A stretch of 64,000 bases of DNA from Yuukianura sp. NJ FZ-2021 (Eukaryota): NCBI GenBank assembly GCA_046563655.1, contig CM102286.1, positions 13,950,001-14,014,000 on the forward strand. Reading direction: 5' to 3'. The position numbers and the translations under genes are program-made. The notes beneath the pieces were generated by a model. That model was not told the origin of the DNA. It saw only the letters and a program-made list of their open reading frames with translations, and did not search any database. Below, one piece after another: positions 1-14,700 of the stretch. How positions within the stretch are numbered: the first letter of the stretch is position 1; every line of letters starts with the position of its first letter.

Positions 1-28
1 TTCTCATATTTTTTTGTTTCAAGTTTAC

Positions 29-480
29 CTGTGAGTCCTGGAATGCCGAAGAGACCAAGGTGATATGACAGTGGAACTTTCAAGTTGTGGACATCCGGAA
101 TCTTACGAATATCTCCGAAGTATTCGACAGCGTCTGGGTTCACGGCGGAGTACTCGGCCCAGTTTGCCATGGTAATGATAACATCTCCAATGGCATATGC
201 TGGATTGTTTGTCTTGACAACTTGGGCAATTACACGGCCTGAAACTGCCTGGCCAACTAAAAGTGCTGGATAAATGGCTTTGATTGACGGGTGACGCAGT
301 CGACCTCGAATGTAGGGATCAACTCACGTAAAGCGTTTTGACCAGGATCTCATTGTGCCCCAATTCGGTTTTGTCTAGGTCAATCGTCTCGTTGCGAACT
401 TCGAAATGCTCAGTTGAATCTGGAACTCCGTCTGGAATTTGTTTGAAAATGACTTGCGTGTTGCTTTTCAACGACGTCAT
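29..480 (-). pseudogene. First exon of an NADPH-dependent alkenal/double-bond reductase (MDR, PTGR-like) paralog with a frameshift; gene continues off the window start
   Basis: ATG at 480 gives MTSLKSNTQVIFKQIPDGVPDSTEHFEVRNETIDLDKTEL..., colinear with the gene at 1093-2319. A 2-nt deletion in YVSVDPY creates TGA at 319-321; the homologous frame resumes (DPYIRGRLR...LGLFGIPGLT) to a GT donor at 28, the same intron position as in the paralog. Confidence 0.75.
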
Positions 481-1092
481 TTTCAAATTTCGCAATTAGA
501 AAAAACTGAAAAAACAAGCAAAAACTTTTTGCTAAAAAAGTGGTCGTTTTGGAAATAATTGATGAAGCGTCTTTGATGTTCTCTTTCTCTCAACTTTTTA
601 AAATTGTTTCCACAGTAGGAAAAGTTGTAATGTATAATTGTAGGAAAAGTATGAAAAAAGCTTTGTGTTTTAAATTTGGTTTTTCAAAATAGGTTAAATT
701 CCCCGTGGCTAAGAACTTGTTTCAAAAATGTATTCGGCACCAACCGGGCCGGCTAATTCTTTTATTTCATATGTGTCAAAAATGGGTTTTCAAAATTTTG
801 AGAAATGGATTTTAAAACGTGGGTTGAGTATTGTGTGGGAACTAATATTTCCCTAACGTTAAATTCTTTCCTTCCATCATTTGTACAAATGCTGTCGGCT
901 GCTTTTCAATTCCATTCCGAATTCATAATGCCATCTTTGTACTAATGTCTAATGGTAGAACAAAGGAGTAAAGAGGGCATAGAGCTAGGTTATGTTTAAA
1001 TCAAACTACTTTTGTTTCACATATTAATCATAGTTCTTGTTTATTTTTTGTATTCCAAAAGTTGTTTTTCCATTTTCCAGTGCGGCAATTTT

Positions 1093-2319
<1,227 letters not shown>

Positions 2320-3005
2320 CTTGACTAAAAGTCAAACAGAAATTCTAATATTTCTCAGCTGTTTTTTTTGAGATTCATTTTCACTCAAATGGCTGTTAAA
2401 GTTTTACATACCTGTTGAAAATTTCGGATTTGCTGAAACTTGAAACTGTGATAAACGACTGGTAGTTGTAGATACAGTGCAGAACCCACCTTCCAGAACT
2501 CGACTGACGCTGTATTTAGCAAATACCTTGTTTATATCCACATTGGACAAATTCAAGAGTGACACTTTTGTTCTCGTGATTGAGCGGAGCATGACGTCGA
2601 CGTGGATTCAAGGTCCAGAGTAACTCAATTACTGCAAAAAATATCATATCGAAGCCTAGAGAATGCTGGATTCTGGACTCTCTAAGCGGTTATGCTATGA
2701 CGATGAGGGTGGTCAAAGCCCATAGTTTTTTTTTTGCTATGCTGTTACATGTTCCAGGGATCATTCACGATGAAGCCTTTTCCAGTAGGATTTTTTGTAC
2801 TAAAGAATGTGCATTGTCATGGTCAGGGTCACGCAGTTGACTTCTCGTCATTTGATTTAATGGGGTACCATAAAAACGTTTTTACAAATAAGAAAAACGT
2901 TGTGCAGAAAATATGGTCCGTTAACTTGTAGAAACGATTTTTCCTATTTTCTTTCCCTCCATTCGGAAAAATGTCTGAGAACGGCTGGAATTATACTTCT
3001 ACTTT

Positions 3006-3125
3006 TAATATACATAAATAATAATAATTATAAATAATACATGTTAATAGAGTAGAATAATAAATAATATACATATGTTATAATATACATTTATAATATA
3101 TGTATTATATTTATAGTAAATACTT
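3006..3125. repeat. AT-rich low-complexity tract
   Basis: Nearly pure A/T with TAATA/TATA repeats. Confidence 0.6.
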
Positions 3126-3210
3126 TTACAATGATCAAACAAGGAATGCCGGTGCGAGAGTTCGGCGGTTTTATCTTACCACAGAAGCGCATGCTTACCA
3201 CACCGTGATT

Positions 3211-3273
3211 TTTCCGCGCGAAATTTGAATTTGAATTTTGAAAACAAAGAAAAGAAGGAGCTTGTTTTCCCGC
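3211..3273 (+). promoter_or_regulatory. E2F/CHR-like promoter motifs
   Basis: TTTCCGCGCGAAATTTGAA at 3211-3229 (E2F-like site abutting TTTGAA) and TTTTCCCGC at about 3265, between the divergent reductase and DENND2-like genes. Confidence 0.35.
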
Positions 3274-5763
3274 TTAAAACTGGTCTGAGTGAGTCCATAT
3301 TTTGCATTGTATTATTATATTGACATAAATATACATATAAATACACTTTTAATTAATTTTTACTGCATTTTTCACACCTCTATACAGCTAATGTTGAGTT
3401 TCTTTTCTTTTCATATGGATACTAGTACCTAGTGGATACACAATGTCGCTATGCGTGAAGAAGTTGTGGAAGGAAAGGGGGGTGGGTGAAAAATTTGAGT
3501 GCCACTGACGAAGACGTCCATCCGCCCAACACTTCAGTTTTCCTTTGGACACTGCTGTGGTTACTTGGGTTGAGTGTACCACGTTGCTCATTGCCATTGT
3601 GGTCACTGATCGTGGTAAAAATAAGTTTGAAGTGCCTTAACTCCGTCACTAACTTCCAAAAATACTAATCATTAATCTCTCCGTTTATCAGCCATCTATC
3701 TGGATCTGCCTTGCGTTGGAATTCCTTTGTTTACATTTGTTAACCCACACAGACATTAGACATGCTCATCATCTCTGACTTGGCACATCACATGGAGTGG
3801 GATGGAGGAACTAATCTTAATGTCATGTTTTGATGAATCGACAGAAGTGGATTTGCTGATCATACTCCCGTTTCGCTGATCGTTGGACCACTAATGGTAA
3901 GGAGAGATTCAACAAACAGCATCCTTTTATCTCAAATGTAGAAACTGAATCACTTTGTGTTGTTTTTTGGTTCATTTCATCTTACTAGGTTTAAAACTGG
4001 GTTAGTGTTTCTGTGTATTTAGATGTCATTTACCAACATCCATCCACTAGCTCAATTCTATTGCAATCTGATGAATAATTTTACCTTCTGTACTTCCTAG
4101 TTCCTACTGCAGTAAGATTGGCCATTCCTTGTCCTCTTCCTGACTATTAAGGTCGGTCGTTATGCACTAGCACTGAATTTATGTTTGCAATTAGTTAAAA
4201 GTTATAAACCTAACCTGAATGTTTGTTTGTTAAGGTACATATTGAAACTGAAAGGACATAGGCGGATGGGTTAAGTTGGGCTAGGTACTAGGACATAACG
4301 GTTAACCGTTTGTCTAACCTTGACCTCGCATCTGTAAAGATTTGAAAGGATAAAATTCATTTTTATCTTTCTACAATGTACAGTAGAAGTTTCATTTTCT
4401 TGGTCATGACCATAAGATGTTGTCCAAATACGTCGGTAGTCCGCAGTTAAAGTCCTTGTGCGATTTCGAATCGAAAGTTTATACTCAAGTTCACTACATT
4501 TTTGTCATCATCAGCACATTTCCTTGTGAATTTTCTAGGAAGTTAGACGTTTAGCCAGACTTAATTAGAGATGCGTAGAAGAAGCAAGATGTCGTGGATA
4601 TTGTAAAACCAAAATCTTTTCGTTTACTTCTTTAGAATGTAAGTAGTAATTTGATTCAACTCCAAAAAAATTGATGAAGTCCTTCATCCATCTCCCAAAT
4701 TGTAAAACAGGCAAAGTTTTTGGTAAAACTGAAAAAACCTGAACAGTCTAAATCTCAGAACCAACTTTTTTTACGACCGCCATTCAAGGCTAACGAGGTA
4801 ACTTGGTTGTGTCTTTTGTGTGATTTTTTCTTGAATCTTTCAGACGTTGCTGCTCCTGTAGCTCCTTTTTGATCGTTTGTGTTGAGAGTGTATCGTTAAT
4901 CGTTCTGTTTCTATCATTCCTTGTTCTGTTGAATTATTGTTGCACGTAGTGATAGTCTTTTTACTATAGTACTTGACAAACATGGACGACTTCAGACTAC
5001 GGACGGAGTTACTGTAGTTACTCCCTTTTCAACAAGTTTCGGTTATCTCATTTTCGCATCACCATTATTGCTGAGCAGTATTTTACTTTTCAACTTTTCA
5101 GCTGCACATCACAACACTTTTTTTGCAATCGTTTTTTGTTGTTTCTTTTGTTCAAATGTAGCACAACATAGTTAAGAGGTGGATCGATACGCAGGTTTGT
5201 TCTACAAATTATGCCCAAAAACGAAAGAAAAACGTTGCTTTTTGAATTTTGATGATAAAAATTGACGTTTTCTCAACCGGTGAAAAGAAACAACAAAAAT
5301 GACAATGGACTGTGGACTCAATGGCTAAACACAATGACAATTCCACTTACCGTTTGTCACAATTCCCTACTTTGCTTTATCCTAAGTTTAATTATTTATT
5401 AGCTTCACTCATTTTAGGTACAATGTCAAAAAATGCCATTTTTTCCTAAAAACCTGGTCCGAATTTCGAAAAAGTTGAAATTCAAGTGATTTCATGGGAA
5501 ACTCCAAATTATTAACACGAGAAAAATCAAGTTTTCCCACGTTTTGCCTTTGTTGTGTTGGTCGGACCTTAATCACAACCTTTTCTGAATGTGTCACCTT
5601 TTCTTCCGCTGCGCACACCTCAAATTCTACTTCTTCCGAGTCACGATTAATCATACTGATGAGTTCAGAATTGCAATTGTTAAGATTTTGAAGAGTTAAA
5701 GTATGCCTTGAATTTAAATTTTGAACTTAACTAATTGAATTTGTGTTTTGATTGTGTTTCCAG

Positions 5764-8700
5764 ATGGAGAACAGGAATTCAGTCCGTGCCCTACGTGAAA
5801 AATTTGAGCTTCAGGCGGAAGAGCAGAATAGGTCACGGTCATCTGTTTCCCGCTCCAAATTCGGTTCTCAAACGACACTTTTTAGTCAACTTGGCTCTCT
5901 ACACCTCAGTGACTCAATTACTTCAAATTCAATTACTTCAAATGAGATTCTGAACAAGTCTTCCATATCAAACAGTAGACTCTCAATAGGTCTGCCTTTG
6001 CCAAGTGTCTTGCCAACTCAAGTGCTCAAACCACGACCATTTTCATACTCTGAGGCTACTGGATCCGGATCAATTGAAAATGGTATTTACTCTTCCTATA
6101 TTGGATCCCCACCGACTCCACCGCCCGAGAAACCACCAAGGACATTCCTCTATGATTTACTGTCGGATCCTCCATCAAGAGACCAAGTCCAACCGACTAA
6201 TTTACAATCAGCAGTGCATAGTGACACTTCAACATCGACTTACATTAGTTCTGGAGTGTCACTCCGACGAAAGATGCCATTGACAAGCAGTGTATCCCTA
6301 CCTCGAGATGTTTCAGTAGATACGCCAGAGGTTGAAAATGGAATTGAGGTCCAATCAGTTCCGGTTCATCGAAAAGCAATTTATATCTCTGATGGACCTG
6401 TTGGAGTGACACGGAGGAAGAAAAAAACAAAAACGATTCGGTCGTTTCCGTTTGGAAGTGATGTGTTATCTACAATGGACGGCGATATGTCGGACGTGTA
6501 TGGCAGCTTTAATGGGTATACCCACCATGAGAGCCCTCCAGAATCTCTGCCACCTTCGTCACCTTCCAAGTACTTATCAGCTACAAAAGAGATGAACCGA
6601 CTTCTGGAGAAACAATCTCAAGCAGCACTTAAGATATCTACGGCAAACATTCGACCTATCCAGGTAAGCAGTGGAGTACAAAGTCAATTTCAAGGTCAAG
6701 GTCAACCGCCAGTCAAATCTTCCACAACTACAAACGTTTTTTTATCGTCGTCTGGACAGTCACCGCCACGGCTCCTACGTGCTAAAACCGAATCTGACAT
6801 TCTGAGTTCAACGACATCCCAACGATCTTGGCGGTCAGTGCAAGTTCCAGTTTGTGATTCATCTGACTATGGTTCCCTTGTAGGAGAGTCTGACACTGGA
6901 GACAGAGTCAGCTTAGACCAATTCAAGTCCAATTGTATCCAAATTGGGAGTAATCACTATGGCAACGGACTCCGGAATTACTTAAACCCGTATTACTACC
7001 CGCGCGGACTCCAAGTCGGTCCGGACGGGAAGTTGAGTCGTGAACCCATATCAGCTGACCATCCAAATCACTTTGCCGTTGGATTGCTTCAAAATTACCA
7101 ACAGTTTTTTGAATCTGAAGATTCAAATTGTAGTTACTCCCGCCACGGTGAGAGCTGCTATGACAAATACTTGGAGTTTATTCGACGATATCATCCGGAA
7201 CTAGAACGATGTGAAGAGCCAGCTCTGTTTTATCGTCAAGGCACGAGTGTAACGGTTGTCCCCCCATGGCAAAAGTCATCTTACTTGTCCAAGTTCTGCT
7301 CTACATCTCCGTCGTCACACTATTCGTCGGTAACCTATTCTTCAAAGTCGTCAATCATGTCACAACCTGAGTTAGGCATTTGGAGGAATCCGACTAATGC
7401 AACTACTGCCCCTGTCAAGTCCAAAGTCACGTCGTCAGTCGAACGTTTCGGACCCCCGACAACACCGAGACCAATTCGCCCTACGGAACTTCGTCTAGCA
7501 CGCTCAGCTAAGTCCAAATCGGAGTGGAATTTAAATGACCCGCCTGTCCATGACCATGACCATCCAACTAGTACGAGGAGACATTCAACACAAAATTTTA
7601 GTTCGGCCAGAGCTGTTTTTCTGGAAGGAAGTCACGATGGGCATGACATCCGGAGTGGTCGTCAACAATTTCAAAATAATTCACGCAATAATAATGGATT
7701 TCATGCGCAGTCTCCAATGCATCATTCGGTAAGCCAATTTATGATTTTTAGTGGTTTATAGTCAGGAATGCCAAAAATATTTAGTCTCCTTACTCATAAT
7801 GTTAACAAAAAAATATTTACGGTTTTTTTTTTTCTAACAAAATTTTTATTTATTTGCACGGTAAATTTTTGAACGTTTTTTTTTGAATAATTAATTTCTT
7901 ATAATGATATTTTTTTGTAATACTTCTAATGTATTTAATATCTTTTGCCAATATATCTGTGGTTTTTAGCACATATTTTTTACAACCCTGTTTATAACTT
8001 CTGCTTCCTTTTTTTGCAATTTTTCTTTCGAGTCTTTTTTTTTTCGATTTTTGTCACGTCAGATTGAGATTGACATGTAACGTGATTGAGGTCACGCGTT
8101 ATTTACCACTACTACTAAAACGTAAAACCACAGTTTTATGACTGTGAAAAACCATTGTTTCTGTCATAAGGTTTTTGGGGGTGAGAGATTACGATCTCTG
8201 TGGCATAAGGTGAACATAAGTTTTAAAAAGTTTTACATCTTATCACATGCGTATGTGAATTACACATAGTACCACACCTTGTTATACATTATGTTCACAA
8301 TTTCAAATTTTGAATTTGATGTACTAATCGAAAAAAAAAGTCGTAAAAAATGAATTCCTAGGAAGTTACAGTTATTTGTTATTGTTGATTGGTCCGGTGC
8401 GTTCAGGCCGTAAAAAGAAGCTGGTTTCGTGGTAGTGGTTGCAGAAATTTGCAGTAATTGTCACCGTTTTTTTGAACATTGAAGAAGATTGATGTAAAAA
8501 GTGATGAACCGAGTGGTGGTTGGTTCAATGGAAAAAGTTAAATTAACGTTAACGTTTCTTCACTTGCACTGTTGCATTATGAAAGGCCTTGTTACGATGA
8601 TTATCGTTGGTTTTAAAAATTAATACTTCTTAAGAACTTAGCAAACAAGGAAGTTTTTAAGATGCTTGGAAGTTTTTAAGCTACTTTGCAATTTCATGGA

Positions 8701-11700
8701 AGCCGTGCAACGACGCTGCCACCTAGAACTTTTAGCAGGGAATTGTCAAATACTTTTTCAGAAGAAAACAGTTGTTTGTTATAACTCTTTTTAGGTGTTG
8801 TAAATGACGTAATTTGTAGGTTTTTGAATGAGATTTGTTAAGTACAAACGTTTTTCTCTGTTACTCGACACTTTTTAAACTAAACCCCTAGCATTTCAAT
8901 GGTTTAACTGTTCTTACCGCAAAAAAAGAGAGACCGAGTAGAGTAGAGTAGCCAGAGGCGGGAAGTAATCATCGTTAAGGAATTTTGAATCTTTGTGGAA
9001 TTGAAATGAAAGAAGGATGAAATCGTAGCAGTGAAGACTAAAAGTAAAGAAAAGACGAATTACAAAAAAAAATTGGATGTAGTGCATCTGCATCATTTGT
9101 CTCACATTTGTAGATTTGCACAAGACAGAAAAAATTTGACTGACTTTTTGTATAAAGTACAATGTTTAATGCATGATTTCGAAATTTCGTCACTCCCAAC
9201 TTCCGTAATTTGAAATGTATATGGAGCACATTAACAAAACGGCAAGATGTTACGTTTTTTTCAAAGTGTTACTGTTAATGTTAATAGTTGAATAATTTTT
9301 GTTGCATGCGAAACCAACTATAGAATACTTCATGGTTGGTGTTTTTTGAACTAATGTTTTTTGGTGATAATTGACAAAAAATTGGCGGTAATTTGTTTTT
9401 GAAGGATTTTTTTTTGGAATTGTGCGCTACCTCTGCTGACTGTGTCGAATTTGAAATTGGCAAGAGAATTACTATGCACCTTACAAGACAAGTGTTATGT
9501 ACATGAGCGAGCATGGTAGATTTTTTTCGTAATTTGAAATTTTGGGAGAGATTTTTATGTTCAACGGATGGATCCTGAGAGTAAAAAATTGAATGTCGAA
9601 TCATTCGTGCTTTTTCAAAGGTTACGCTCATGAATGTTTTAAGTTTGGCTTTGAAGTAATTTTTTTTATCAACTACAAAGTTTATACTTACTTGTAATAA
9701 TAGTGCAAGACAGAAGATGAGTTGGACTGCTATTTGTCAAGTCATTCGGATCTTTACCCTTGGAGTTAATCTAGAAACAAAAGAATTGAAGAGTACAATT
9801 GATAGTAATCTGAAGGAATTGTGGCGAAACAGGAGAGCAACTTAAGATTTTCTTTTGTTTTTACTTTTTTGGTTGAGAAATGAGAATAATATTGAAGGAT
9901 TTTTGTTGTAATTTTAGTATTTTTTTTTTCATGGTTCGAGGATTTAGGAAGCGAAGGCATGACAGGAGAAGGTTTCAAAATTGAAATTTTAGTTTCAAGT
10001 TTAAATTTTTGAACCTTGATGTGTAAAGTGTTGACAGGAGAGGATGAGTCTTGTACAGTTAAAAAGTAAAAAAAAAATTGCAGAATTCTTTTCAGAATTC
10101 AAGTTCAGTTCTAATCTTCATGTCAAAGTGTGAACTTTAATTGACCAGTTTTTGTTGTTAAATAATTTAATTAACTTTTTTTTCCAAAGTAAACTGGAAA
10201 GAGTAGTAGTGACCTCCACAGTAGTTTCGTGTGTGTTGGTGAATGGGAATGCAGTGGAGTGACTAATCCTCTGAAATTGTTCTGTCAACCACATCATAGT
10301 TCTTCTTACATTCATTTCATTACGAACGTCTTGTCTTGTTATTATTTTTCCCATGGAAGACTTTTGGATTCGGTTGAGTTGTTTTGTATACTAGCAGTAT
10401 AATAGTACTGTGCAGTAGTTTTCTAATTAATATGTGTGGAACGACATATTAAATGTCTCTTTAGATGCTGATGCTGATGCTGGGAAAACAGAGAGGATAG
10501 TTGTCGTAAATAAATTGTGGTGTTTTTTTTTAGTGCGGAATTGAAAATTCAAGAAGCTTTGTTGTTTAAAACTTTTTTTTGAGATTGTTGACGAGTTGTG
10601 CGCCGATGCCTTAAGGGCCTTCAACCTGCCAGCCACTTTCTGGACATGACAAAGAAGGGGCTTGGTCATTGCCATCATTGGGACAGTAAAAAGTAACAAG
10701 ATGGACGTATTTGGGATTTGAAGTTTCCATTGTTGGATGTTGGTGGGTGATAGTGATGATGATGATGCTGATTCTGAGGATTAGTCATCCCCTCTCACCC
10801 TATTCCTGAGACATTGTTAAAACGAAAGTGAGCCACTCAGACACTTTGATTAAGGTTTTCATGATGAGTTTGGCACGAAAGTTTTATATTAATTTGGAAA
10901 TTGAACTTGGCCTGATGTTGGAGGAGATGTATGAAAAGTCGAGGAAATTAAGTCAATTGGAGACGAGGGAGGAAGAAGAGTTGCTTTCTATGGTAAAATT
11001 TGAAAATTTATAAAATATAATAATACTTTGTAGTTTTCAAATTACAATGTTTTAAATTTGTCGGTTCTTATTGTGTGGCAGCATACTGCTAATTTATTGC
11101 TCCAAAGGAGAAAGTTCTTACAAGATTTTGGTTTGTGTGTCAAATTTCTTAATCGCCAAAATGGATCTCTTTTAAGGGGAGCGCAAACTGCGAAAGAACG
11201 ACTAGACATGCGTGAATTCTTTTTCTTTAAAACGTTAGTAATGTAGTGTGAAAAATGAAATGTGTCAAAAAGTTTCAAAATATTTTAGAGTTTTGCTTTT
11301 TTTTTTACTATTGTTGTGTTAACGTGAGTTGGGGCGTGGGAAAATTTAAAATGGTGTGTAAATTGCGACTATTTAAACTTTTAGTTTAAACAAAATCTTT
11401 AAACTGTGGGGGCGTTACTCTTTCCACGTGTCGAAATTTTTTTTTGTCTGTCTCGGAAGTAATTAGCCAAACTGTTGTCTTGTTCCTGTGGCTTACATTT
11501 AGTTTTTAGTACTTGAAAACGCCTTATTTGAGAGTCGTAGAAGTTTAATTATAGCATTGTTTACCTTCTGGGCTGTTAATTGTTAAGGTTGAATAGACTA
11601 TGACTTATGGTAAAAGTGCAGGATATGAGTTACAATTTTGTTATGTTGGTACTACATAGTTTGTGGTGGAGTCGATGAACCACACGAAAAAAATGAGGAA

Positions 11701-14700
11701 TGACTGTGAACATAAAAAATCCAATCAGCCAAGTCATTTTAGACGCACAAGGATTTTTTTTTGTTGCAATTTTGTGCGTGTAGGGTGTAACTACGTGTAT
11801 GGCTTTGCACTTAAACATGAACTAAATTAACATAAAGTGAAAAGTGTTTGTTTAAAATTAGGTTTGTGATGGAAAATGTGCTTGATGCTTTGTTTGATGC
11901 TTTGAAGTGTTGATGGGAGGATATGGAGAGGGTGAGAACAAATTTTGGAAAGCATTGTTTAATTTTCATTGTAGGACAGGAAGGATTTTCGTATCTCGTG
12001 GGGACTTTTCTCTTTGTTTAGTTTAGAAGATGATGTTAAGGTAAAGAGCAATTTTGAAAATGAAATTTTGGAAAATGAGTTTTCAATTTGTTTAAGATTT
12101 TAGAACATGATTGAAGAGAAAGTTGTATGTCAACGCCACTTTGTTTGAAGTTTGCCCCCACCCATGGTTAACATTAATAACTTTGGACAAGGAGCTGTTT
12201 AGCGTAACTTTTGCTTTGGGTTGGGCTTAAGTTTCGGTTAGGCTTAACTTTGGCTTTAGGGCTTAGGATTGCAGAGATGGTTTACTTAAGGAGGTTGTAA
12301 ATGGTTTATTTTTAGGAATGAATGGTGGTTCTGGCTTATTGAACTCAATTTTGAAAAATGTTAAGACGTAAGATGAGGTTGAAGGCTTTAGAAGATCCAA
12401 GATTCGGTCTACTGATTACTGATGATGGGAAGGTGTGAAATTTTTTTAAGATGCCGATGACTAAGATGAGATTTGAAATTGCGAAAGTGTGTTCTTTTTG
12501 TATTTTTTTTTTGGCGGGAAGACAATGAAGGTTCAAATGGATTTATTAATGTGGGTTTGGTCCTTGGTTCATTAGGTTTGAGTTAAGTGGCTAAGATGCC
12601 CCTCCATACAAAGTGTTTTCGTGACAAAGTGCAAAATAGGATGCAAAAAGTGCTTGGGGATAAGAAATTTAGAGTGAACTTTTTTTTTGAAGACAGAGAT
12701 GTAAAACAGTGAAAGGATTTTTGAGTTGTGCACCGCGGCAGCATGGGGAGAGATTTTTTGAAAGTACTTTTTAAATCTTTTTGATGACGATGAAAAACCT
12801 ATTGTTTTGGGCCTTTGTAATTGTGATTTTGAGTGGTGCTGACGGTGAGAAGAATGGAAACTGTCGGAGATTAAAAACTTTAAAAAGTCATCCAACGAGA
12901 TCAGTCAGAATTTGGGGGCGGGGATTTTCAATTTGCAGAGGTTTGCATATGTTTTGTTTTAGTTTTGAAAGTGAGGGGGGAGAGTTGAGCCTTTTCGCGT
13001 TCATTTCTTGTTTAGAATGAAATAAGTTTAAAAATAATTTATAGGGCGGGCTCAGAGGGAGGTTTTTGTTTGTTTATTATGAAGACCTACTTGATTGACC
13101 TGATTTGTTGGAGTTAGAAAAAATCAATTTCGGATTTGGGGCAAGTTTTTTAGTAACTGCGAATTAAAGAAGTGAAATTTCTAAAAATTAATTGGGCGTA
13201 AACTTTAAAAAATGTTTATTTAAGGGAGGCGTTTTTCCAATTTTTTTGTATGAGGGGTAGACCGTTTCGAAAACCTTGAGGATTTAACAGTTAAGAAAAG
13301 TTAACAAAAACAATGAGAGTAGTGATGTGCTCATTGCTATTGTTTTTTTAAGTGTTTGGTATGACAGTTTGTTTCGCATGAATTGACAAGAAAGTAATTT
13401 TTTGGAAACTTTAAACTGCTAAATAAGAAATGCATCATAAACAATTACTGGTCGTCTCGCTTTCATTGTTTAGATTTTTACTGTGCAAGAGTCTAAACAA
13501 AAAGGGTTTTGATGGAGCCAAAGGCAGTTTCAGGTTACAAAGTGTTTTGAAATGGCTTTTTAGAAATTGATGTGCAAAGCTATTTTTTTTTACAACGCAA
13601 AAGGAATGGGACTAAAAACAGAGCAGTTTTGTGCTTTGAGTGAATTTCGAATGCTATAATTTTGTTTTCTGAGGCTTTTAGCGACGTGATTGTGTTTTGG
13701 AATGACGTGACTCTTTGCCAGTCTGGTTTTGAAGTAAACTTGTAAATGGAATGATGAAATTTTGAAATTCACTTTTCAACGCTATTTTTACCCTAACAAA
13801 GTAATATTTCAGATGAAAATTTTTTGTAGCATAATAGTAAAGCGGTAGCAAAGTTACCAGACGTGTAACAAGTAAGCTTGCGAGTCGCAAATTGCGACGC
13901 GAAAGTTTAATTTTTGATTGTTAGTTTTTGTGTTTGTAAGTCAAAGTCAATACTTCCACGATTTTCGTAATTTGGAAACCATTTGTGTCATTTTGAAATT
14001 ATGAAACGGAAACCTTGAGATTATACAGTTGTAATTTAGGTTGGAATTACGATTTGTAGAGTCATTATGTGGGAACGGCTGGTGAGTATTCCTAGTACAG
14101 TGGGAATTGAAGAATTGGTTAATTACAGTATGGTGAAAGTTGGTTAATTAGTGCATTGTTAATTAATATCTATTGTTTTTTTATGATTGCAGATCCATAG
14201 CCTTGTGAATCAAATTTACCCCGTGGGGATCGACTCTGTTGGGTCGGCGGGAAAAGATGTAACGAGTTCAAGTACAGATTCTGGAATTCAGATTGGAGCA
14301 GACTCACTGAGTTCATGTGACACACCGCTAACTGGCGACAGTACGACGGATACTGGCGACTCTGACTGTGAAAACGACTCGGAAAATTTGGAAGCCATTA
14401 GACAAGTAAGTAAAAAAAAAGTTGGGTCAAAGGTCATGCGTGAGAAATTGTAATTTAGTTAAAATGTAATAATTTGTGTTACTTTTCTTTTGTTTTTATG
14501 TAATTTACTTTCAGTTTTTACTTTTTTGAGATAAGTAACAAGGAAGTGGAAAGATCAGAGATCATCTGCCGTAATTAGTGATGTACGGGATACTCACAAG
14601 CACAAATGTACTTGATACTTGTGTGATGCTTGGGAAGTTTTTGACGTGTCTCTTAGCAAGAGTTCCTTCAACCTAAACTTTAAGCTAAAAAGCTAACTTT

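Noticed and set aside
7729..14060. Short ORFs within the large DENND2-like intron
   Set aside because: T/G-biased non-coding composition, no recognisable motifs or coherent exon chains.
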